Shown: piece by piece, positions 36,459 to 43,668 of the stretch
Layout of the letters: each line of letters begins with the position of its first letter
Numbering within the stretch: the stretch's first letter is position 1
Assembly: GCA_964369795.1 (NCBI GenBank)
Contig: CAYJGX010000006.1
Coordinates: 1,499 to 53,884, forward strand
DNA from: an uncultured Spirochaetaceae bacterium
Lineage (GTDB): Bacteria > Spirochaetota > Spirochaetia > JAFGXN01
Direction: 5' to 3'
Length of the DNA stretch: 52,386 nt
Position numbers and translations under genes: made by a program
The notes under the pieces: model-generated
Database searches by the model: none
What the model was told of the DNA's origin: nothing
Seen by the model: only the letters and a program-made list of their open reading frames with translations

Positions 36459-38904
36459 TTTTCTTCCTCTTGTTGATGATGTAGTGTTTAATGTTGTGAT
36501 GGAGTGTGAGAGTCATTGGTAGAAAAAATAGGGATCCTAATGTTGCAGAAAATAGGGCTAATGCGATGAGAAAGCCAAAAAAAGTAATAGGCTTGAATGA
36601 GCTAAAAAGCATTGCACTCATTCCAAAGATAATGGCCATACTTGTTAGTAGGATAGGGCGACCTGTTTTTTCTAAGGTTTGGCGAATTGCACAATGAAGC
36701 GCTTCTGCTGGAGGCAATTCCTTTGAAGCTTTACTATAAACATTTTTATAGGTTAATAGGAAATGGATTGCATCATCTACACCAACTCCTATAATGACGC
36801 TTGTTACCATGAGAGTGGTCATATCGAGAGGAATTCTAAAAATTGCCATAATCGTAAAGTTTAAAGTAATTCCTATAATTGTAGGGATTAGAGCATGAAG
36901 ACCATACGAAATTGATTGCATAGAAATAGCAACGGTAATGAAGATTGCGAAGATAGCAAACAATGTAGATAAAGTTAAATCCTTATTCATTTGTCCTCGT
37001 AAATCAAGGATTCCGATTCTGTAGCCATCAAAGTTAAAATTGACATATGGAGGAAGCGCATCTTTTATAATTTTTTTCCAAGTAGGTAAAATTTTGTAAA
37101 AATCTTCTTCTGTTATGCAACCGTGATATATATCAAAATCAGCAATTCTAAAAACGGTAGAAATACGGGTTGCATCTGGGGAGATTAGCTCAAACTGAGC
37201 CATATTTTGCGATTTAAGAAAGCTAAAGATATGGCTCATTTTAATTCTTTGAGCTAATTCTTTTGGTATTTCATAGCTTCCTTCTGAGATTTGATTGGCA
37301 TAACATAGTAAAGTAGGAAAAGAGGTCAAGTAAGGAATAAATTTGTCATTTTTCAATTCTTGTTCTTTGTTTGCAATGAGTGTGAGTAAGTCGTAATTGT
37401 GATAAAAAGAAGACATCTTCTTGAAATCTTTTTCTAGATCCAAATTATTTTCTTTAATATAGGTAGCTAGCTTTTTTTTGTCAATTTCATAATCTATATA
37501 AATTTGATAAACTCCAGAAAATCTCTTGCTAATATCTGCAGTATCACTAACGACTTTGCTATTGCGGGGGAAATATGTAATATAGTCTGAATCATAGACC
37601 ATAAAATGTTGTGAGATAATAGGAGAGAAAACTGTTAGCAAAAAAAAGAGGAGTATAAGATATCTAAATTTAATAAGTTGGCGGGATATGTAATTAAAAG
37701 CCCTAGAGGAAGTTCCTTCCTGCTGTATGGTTCTTTTTTTGGGTAGCGGAAGAGGTAGATACGATAATATACAAGGGATAACGATTAGTGAAATGAGTGC
37801 ACTGTATATAATCCCAACGGAAGTAACAACTGCAAAATCATGGGTCTGAGTAATTTTAGAAACAAACAAACTTGATAATGATAATACGGTTGTAAATGTA
37901 GCAAATGTTATGGTTTTACCAATTTTCGCGGTAGAGAAAAAAACAGGCGAAAGATTTGCAGGGACTTGTGTATAGTCTTGCCGATAATATTGGTTTAATA
38001 AATGAATTGAATAGGAACTCGATAGGGCAAGAACTAACGGAGGACAGACAATTGAAATAACGGATAGTCTTATACCTAGCCATGAAACAGTTCCTAACAT
38101 CCAGATTGAGCTAACAGTTGCTGTTAGAATGGGGAGTATGACTGCACGTAAGGATTGAAAGCTAAAATAAAAAATAATGAGTATTAATAATAGCCCAAAA
38201 CCCATCAACAAAGAGAGGTCGCTTAATAGAAATTCCGCGACAATTTCTTCGAAATATGAAAGGCCTGCTAAATTATATGAAAAAGTATCTGTGTGATTGT
38301 CTAAAATTTCCCGAACTAAACGAGGAATGTTCATCGATAAAGGGTAGCTATGGTGGTCAATCATAAATGCAATTCGGTCTCCACTTTCGCTTACGACGAG
38401 CCTTCGAGCAATCGGATTATTTGTCAAGTCTTCTTTAAATTGATCCGCGGTTTGTTGGTCTGCAAAAAAATAGGGAATTTCGGCATTGTTTGATCGTTTG
38501 AGAATAGGGAGAGTGGCATAGGTAGGCGGTTTTCCCTCGACATGAATAGGTTTAATTTTTAGTTGTTCAAATGGCGATATAGCTATCTGAAAATTTTCGA
38601 TTTTGCTAATTTCTTTAATGGCAAATTGTATCTCGTTTAATACGGTAGGGCTAAATAAGGGTGCTCCACCTTCATTTTGTTTTATTGAAACCACTAAGAA
38701 ATCGGTATCTTCACGATTAGATACAATTGAATTTGTTGCGACTTTCGAAGGAATTAATGATGCTATATTAGGGTCAAAAATAATTCGGGGGTGAATAAGA
38801 ACCGAAAAAGCAAAAAAGAGGGTGAGTAAAAATGTTGCTATGATAATGGGCAGGCGAAATTTCGGAATATTTTGATATATTGTATTGGGATTAAGTTTTC
38901 GCAT
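36439..38904 (-). CDS. RND/MMPL-type (COG1033-like) membrane exporter, paralogue 1
   Basis: The ~820-aa product has two blocks of 6 TM segments, each preceded by a large extracytoplasmic domain. It carries GVGVDDAIHFLLTY in the C-terminal half. ATG 38904 lies 8 nt after the acyltransferase stop and is preceded by AGGAAG. Confidence 0.8.
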   Translation of the reverse strand: MRKLNPNTIYQNIPKFRLPIIIATFLLTLFFAFSVLIHPRIIFDPNIASLIPSKVATNSIVSNREDTDFLVVSIKQNEGGAPLFSPTVLNEIQFAIKEISKIENFQIAISPFEQLKIKPIHVEGKPPTYATLPILKRSNNAEIPYFFADQQTADQFKEDLTNNPIARRLVVSESGDRIAFMIDHHSYPLSMNIPRLVREILDNHTDTFSYNLAGLSYFEEIVAEFLLSDLSLLMGFGLLLILIIFYFSFQSLRAVILPILTATVSSIWMLGTVSWLGIRLSVISIVCPPLVLALSSSYSIHLLNQYYRQDYTQVPANLSPVFFSTAKIGKTITFATFTTVLSLSSLFVSKITQTHDFAVVTSVGIIYSALISLIVIPCILSYLPLPLPKKRTIQQEGTSSRAFNYISRQLIKFRYLILLFFLLTVFSPIISQHFMVYDSDYITYFPRNSKVVSDTADISKRFSGVYQIYIDYEIDKKKLATYIKENNLDLEKDFKKMSSFYHNYDLLTLIANKEQELKNDKFIPYLTSFPTLLCYANQISEGSYEIPKELAQRIKMSHIFSFLKSQNMAQFELISPDATRISTVFRIADFDIYHGCITEEDFYKILPTWKKIIKDALPPYVNFNFDGYRIGILDLRGQMNKDLTLSTLFAIFAIFITVAISMQSISYGLHALIPTIIGITLNFTIMAIFRIPLDMTTLMVTSVIIGVGVDDAIHFLLTYKNVYSKASKELPPAEALHCAIRQTLEKTGRPILLTSMAIIFGMSAMLFSSFKPITFFGFLIALALFSATLGSLFFLPMTLTLHHNIKHYIINKRKKNAKETL

Positions 38905-38911
38905 GATCTTC

Positions 38912-40171
38912 CTATTCGGCTTTAATTTTATGATAGAGGTATTCGATTGCAATTTTTACTTTAGTCGCCTGATTTGGGTTTTCTTTGAAATATAAATAAT
39001 AAGCCGTATCGCCAACTGCTAAATCTAAAGTCATTTCCATTCGGGATACAAAACATCCATCTAGGTGAATTGAATACATCTTTTCGGGTTCACGCGTGAT
39101 AAGAACATTTTCGCCTTCTTGTACAAAGGAAAGTGAAATTCCATTTTCGTCGTGTTTAAAGTTGCCCTCGCCTAGTTTTACAAAGCCGTTTGGATTTACG
39201 AGCCAATCAACCTTTACCGTTTCATCGATAGAATATTTGCCTGATTCGATTTCTGCTTTAACCTCTTCTTTTTGCCATTTGTACCAATCTGGAATATATG
39301 GAAATTCGGTGTCCCCACTTTCTGCATTTAGAATATTTAGAGAGTCTAAATGCCATTTTTTTCCACACGCTTCACAAAATAAATCATTTCCAAGCGAATT
39401 CATTTTAAATTCTGTCTTGCAGGCCGGACATTGATAGAGAATTCTGTGAAGACCCTCCGCGTTTTTAGCATAGTTGATATGCAGGTTGTTTTCTCGTTGA
39501 TAGGCATAGTCATCATGTTCAAGGTGTTGAGTTATTTTAGCATGAATTTCTTCTGTTGAAGCGGCTTGGAGTTCTTCGGGGGTGTAAAGTCCCGTTAGTG
39601 TTCCGCGGACTTTAGCTTTTCTTTCATGGTAGACGTTGTAAAATGGTTTCTTAATATAGTTCCCTTCCATTTTGTAGGTTACTACCGGATAGTTTAGGAG
39701 CTTGAGAATTTTAGCAAAACTTTCTGGGAAACCTTGAAACGTGCCATCGACACAATAGTGGCCTTCTGGAAAAAGAACTAAAATTTGCTTAACCTCATTT
39801 AGGACATGTTTGTAGTTTTTTAATGAGTACATGTTGTCGTTAATAAAACGCCGCTTTGGAAAGCCTCCAATGAGTCGAAGAGATTTCTCCGTTTGAAAGA
39901 AAGCTTCGTATCCTGCACACCAATTGTGTCCTTTAGGAAATACCGCAGAGATAATCATGAAGTAGTCGATAAAGTTAATGTGGTTAGGAAGTAGGACATA
40001 TGGGCCTTTTATTTTCTTCATGTCCACTTTAGTGATAAGTGGCTTCGATCTAAGTAATTGAAGTTTAGAAAGTGTTATTGAAACAAATTTAAAAGGTAAA
40101 AAATTCTTTGTTGGTTTTATAGACCAGTCAAATCTTTTTTTAGGGATTTTGTTGTAGAAATATTTTTTCAT
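38912..40171 (-). CDS. PlsC/LPLAT-family acyltransferase with a C-terminal zinc-ribbon plus beta-rich extension (AT1)
   Basis: The HX4D box is NHINFID, and FPEGH and GGFPKRR are present. The zinc ribbon is CPAC...CEAC (39365-39430), followed by IPDWYKWQ. ATG 40171 follows AAGGAGAGG. Confidence 0.8.
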   Translation of the reverse strand: MKKYFYNKIPKKRFDWSIKPTKNFLPFKFVSITLSKLQLLRSKPLITKVDMKKIKGPYVLLPNHINFIDYFMIISAVFPKGHNWCAGYEAFFQTEKSLRLIGGFPKRRFINDNMYSLKNYKHVLNEVKQILVLFPEGHYCVDGTFQGFPESFAKILKLLNYPVVTYKMEGNYIKKPFYNVYHERKAKVRGTLTGLYTPEELQAASTEEIHAKITQHLEHDDYAYQRENNLHINYAKNAEGLHRILYQCPACKTEFKMNSLGNDLFCEACGKKWHLDSLNILNAESGDTEFPYIPDWYKWQKEEVKAEIESGKYSIDETVKVDWLVNPNGFVKLGEGNFKHDENGISLSFVQEGENVLITREPEKMYSIHLDGCFVSRMEMTLDLAVGDTAYYLYFKENPNQATKVKIAIEYLYHKIKAE

Positions 40172-40292
40172 ATTGTGGCCTCTCCTTAAGTCCATTTATT
40201 AAGAATATAACAAAAAAATTTATAATCTTTAAAACTTATACTATATTTATAAGATTAAGTAAAGTCATGATAAAAAGGTGCCTATCCTCTGT

Positions 40293-41573
40293 TTATAAGG
40301 AGATGCAATTGTATCCCGCAATTGTCTTTGCGTAGAGTAATTCTGTCGCTATACGAATTTTAATGACTTCTCCTACTTTTCTGGGGAAATAACAAAAAAA
40401 GGACCTGTTATGCTCGGTGATATCGACTAATTCGGAGGATTTAAGGTTGTAGACAAGTTCGACGTGTACCGAATAATTTTCATGTGGAAGCTTCTTGATG
40501 TGAACCGCCTCTCCTCTATAGTTGCAAGTAAATTCGAATCCGTTTGAGTCATGAGAGAGAAAACCTTTACCTGCCTCCACGGTTCCTTTTCCAGAAAAAA
40601 AGCATTCAACTTGAACATCGCCACTAATTTTATAGGTTCCTGCATCGATTTCTTTTTGCACTTCTGTAATTTGCCATTTATACCAATCGGGAATATGAGT
40701 AAAAATATCTTTTGAGTTTGATGCCTTTAGTTCGCCAGTAGGCTGCTGAATCCATTGATTATTGCAAATTTTACAAGATAAAGTATTTCCTTCACTTGCC
40801 ATATTGAATTCGCTCTTGCAGCTTGGGCATTTATAAAGAAGTTTTTCGAGCCCTACCGCATTTTTTTTGTATTTGTTGATAATATTGTTTTCTTTTTGAT
40901 AGCGATAGTCGTCGTTAGTGATTTCGGCTAAGATGGCAGCATGAATTTCTTCGTTCGAAGTCGCTTGAAGTTCTTGAGCCGTGAAAAGTCCCTTTAAGGT
41001 GGCTTGTAATGGTAGCTTTCGTGAGATTCGGGGAGAATAGAAAGGCGTGTCAATAAAATTGCCTTGCATCTTTAAAGTGACGATAGGAGCATTGATAATT
41101 TTTAGAATTTTAGGGAGACTTGTTGGGATTTGTCCAGTATAGCCTGCGATAGAATAGTGCCCCTCTGGGAAGAAAACGACAGTTTGCTTTAATTCAGTTA
41201 AACAATATTTCATATTACGAATCATGGAGACGTTGTCGTGAAGGTAACGGCGTTTAGGAAAGCCTCCAATGCGGCGTAGTCCCCAATCTAACTTCATGAA
41301 AGATTCGGCACTAGCAACCCAATTGTATTTTTTAGGGTAAAGAGCTTTGACAACTATAAGAAAGTCAGTAAAACTATAATGGTTACATAAAAGAATGAAA
41401 GGGCCTTTTATTTTGTCCATATCGATTTTTTTGATTTTATGTTTTCTTCCCAAGAGAATAAAGAAAGCACCTGTGTAAGCGACAAAGTTCCAAAAGTGGT
41501 TTTGTCGCCTTGGATTTCTTTTGTAGTCAAAGGGTCGTGGCTCTTTTTTTCCATGGTATGATAAATCCTTCAT
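40293..41573 (-). CDS. PlsC/LPLAT-family acyltransferase with a C-terminal zinc-ribbon plus beta-rich extension (AT2)
   Basis: The HX4D box is NHYSFTD, and FFPEGH and GGFPKRR are present. The zinc ribbon is CPSC...CKIC (40764-40829), followed by IPDWYKWQ. It is a tandem paralogue of AT1. Confidence 0.8.
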   Translation of the reverse strand: MKDLSYHGKKEPRPFDYKRNPRRQNHFWNFVAYTGAFFILLGRKHKIKKIDMDKIKGPFILLCNHYSFTDFLIVVKALYPKKYNWVASAESFMKLDWGLRRIGGFPKRRYLHDNVSMIRNMKYCLTELKQTVVFFPEGHYSIAGYTGQIPTSLPKILKIINAPIVTLKMQGNFIDTPFYSPRISRKLPLQATLKGLFTAQELQATSNEEIHAAILAEITNDDYRYQKENNIINKYKKNAVGLEKLLYKCPSCKSEFNMASEGNTLSCKICNNQWIQQPTGELKASNSKDIFTHIPDWYKWQITEVQKEIDAGTYKISGDVQVECFFSGKGTVEAGKGFLSHDSNGFEFTCNYRGEAVHIKKLPHENYSVHVELVYNLKSSELVDITEHNRSFFCYFPRKVGEVIKIRIATELLYAKTIAGYNCISL

Positions 41574-41712
41574 ATTAGAATCCTCTACTTTCCATTATGA
41601 ATTTAACAACTAAATATGTCAAGTAAAAAGCCTGCATTATTAAAATTTGATTAAATAAAACAAGATTATATTGAAAAAAAAGGCAAAAATAGATACCCTA
41701 TGAGTGAAAATC

Positions 41713-42528
41713 ATGAAACATTCATTATTAATCTTTTTGGGAATGTTAGTCTATCTCTTTGTGTGTGGGAATCTTTATGCAAGTTTACCTTTTCCAGAGC
41801 AATCCCCCATATATAAATTCATCGATCTTGTTTTTTTACAAGACAATGAAGAGAAAGATGTTTTGGATCTTTATCGGAAGGTTAAGCGGGAATTAGAAGA
41901 ACCCATAGAAAGAGCTTACCTAGAATATTATTTGGCTCGCTATTATCAAGCTATACGCGATTTAGAGACAATGAAAAATTACGATACGGCAATGATCAAT
42001 GGAAAGGTCTTTGGTATATATAAAAACTTTGTTCGCCGTGACGCTGCAATAAAAATTTATGACAGGGTTTACGAGACAACGGAGAAAGAATTGAAGGGTG
42101 TAAAAAATCCAGCAAAATCTCCTTGGTATTTATTACAGACGCGAATCATTGCAGAGTTATGTCTTCTTAAAGGCAATATGTATATGATGGGTAATGGTCT
42201 TGAGGTTCCAAAGCGAGCAAAAAATTTATTAAAAGCCAATCCAAACTGTCTACGATCACAACTAATACTAGTTAATCAATGTGTCTTTGCGGGAGAGGCA
42301 TGGGGTGGCGATGGAAACGAGGCCATCCGTCTTTTGCAAAAAATGGATATAACAGCCTGTAGAGACAAAGAATTACTTCTTGATTACTACAACAACTTCG
42401 CTTATGCCTACGGCCGAGTAGATAATTATGAACAAGCGAATAAATATATACAAAAAGCACTAAAAGTCTATCCTTCTAACTTGCAAGCTAACTTTATATG
42501 GAGTAAAATACAATCAAAAGGTTTTTAG
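41713..42528 (+). CDS. Secreted helical (TPR-like) protein, paralogue 1
   Basis: An N-terminal signal peptide is present. It shares blocks with 46180..46968 (YYLARYYQA vs YYMARAYQS, AELCLLKG vs SQLCLLKS, ALKVYPSN vs ALAFYPTN). The track start is GTG 41704. Confidence 0.65.
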   Translation: MKHSLLIFLGMLVYLFVCGNLYASLPFPEQSPIYKFIDLVFLQDNEEKDVLDLYRKVKRELEEPIERAYLEYYLARYYQAIRDLETMKNYDTAMINGKVFGIYKNFVRRDAAIKIYDRVYETTEKELKGVKNPAKSPWYLLQTRIIAELCLLKGNMYMMGNGLEVPKRAKNLLKANPNCLRSQLILVNQCVFAGEAWGGDGNEAIRLLQKMDITACRDKELLLDYYNNFAYAYGRVDNYEQANKYIQKALKVYPSNLQANFIWSKIQSKGF

Positions 42529-42540
42529 CAAGGGGAAAAA

Positions 42541-43668
42541 ATGAAGCAAAAAATTGAAACAATCGTCAGCCATTTTAACATAGAAGGATGCTTTGTCGAT
42601 GCATCTCCGTGGGGGAGTGGGCATATTAATGATACCTATGTGGTTATCATGGAGGATCCTTGCGAGGAAACAGCAACTGCTGTCGAAGTCCATTATACCT
42701 TACAACGAATCAATCATTTCGTTTTCAAAAAACCTATAGAGTTAATGCAAAATGCCATGGCAGTTTCTCGTCATCTTGCGGAAAAAATAAAAGAAGCAGG
42801 CGGAGACCCAAATCGCAATACACTCAATTTTCTTTCAACAATTGAAGGGGAACCGCTGCATATAGACGAAGATGGAAATTATTGGAGAATGTACCGATTT
42901 ATCCATCAGGTTCGAGGCTACGATCGAATCGAGCGCCCCGAAATTGCCTATGAATGTGGCAAGGCATTTGGGCAGTTTCAGTCTAATTTAGCAGATTTCG
43001 ATTCAAAAAAATTGCACTATACCATCGACCACTTTAATGATCCAGTCTATCTACTACAAAAATTTGAAGAAGTTCTAAAGGCCGATTCTCATGAAAGGGC
43101 TAGCCTTGCTAAACGACAAATTGCACTGGTGCGAGAGAGAGCACACGAAATGACGCTTTTGTCTCGCCTTAGAGAAAGTGGCGATTTGCCGTTGCGTGTT
43201 GTCCATAACGACACAAAGGCTAACAATGTCCTCATCGATACCATCACCGATAAAGCCGTTTGTGTCATCGACCTAGATACTATCATGCCAGGAATTGCTT
43301 TAAACGATTTTGGGGATAGCATCCGAACGGTAACGAATATGGGAGAGGAAGATGACCCAGATTTAACATGTGTTGGGGTCGATTTAGTGTTATTTGAGGC
43401 CTATACCCGAGGGTTTTTAAAATATACGAAGTCTTTTCTAACGCCCCTAGAGGTAGCTCATTTAGCTTTTGCCGGAAAACTTTATCCTTTTCTAATTGGC
43501 TTGCGGTTTTTAACCGATTTTTTAGATGGGGATAACTATTTTAAAATATCGCACGAACACCATAATTTGCAACGTTGTAAAGCACAGTTTAAATTACTAA
43601 CCGATATGGAAGAAAATTTTGAAGAAATGCAACTGATTGTTAAGCGAGTTTATCGGGAGACGCCTTAA
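42541..43668 (+). CDS. APH-fold kinase resembling N-acetylhexosamine 1-kinase (NahK family)
   Basis: The motifs PLRVVHNDTKANNVLID, IDLDTIMPGIALNDFGDSIR and FLTDFLDGDNYF...HNLQR closely follow the NahK family pattern as I recall it. Confidence 0.7.
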   Translation: MKQKIETIVSHFNIEGCFVDASPWGSGHINDTYVVIMEDPCEETATAVEVHYTLQRINHFVFKKPIELMQNAMAVSRHLAEKIKEAGGDPNRNTLNFLSTIEGEPLHIDEDGNYWRMYRFIHQVRGYDRIERPEIAYECGKAFGQFQSNLADFDSKKLHYTIDHFNDPVYLLQKFEEVLKADSHERASLAKRQIALVRERAHEMTLLSRLRESGDLPLRVVHNDTKANNVLIDTITDKAVCVIDLDTIMPGIALNDFGDSIRTVTNMGEEDDPDLTCVGVDLVLFEAYTRGFLKYTKSFLTPLEVAHLAFAGKLYPFLIGLRFLTDFLDGDNYFKISHEHHNLQRCKAQFKLLTDMEENFEEMQLIVKRVYRETP

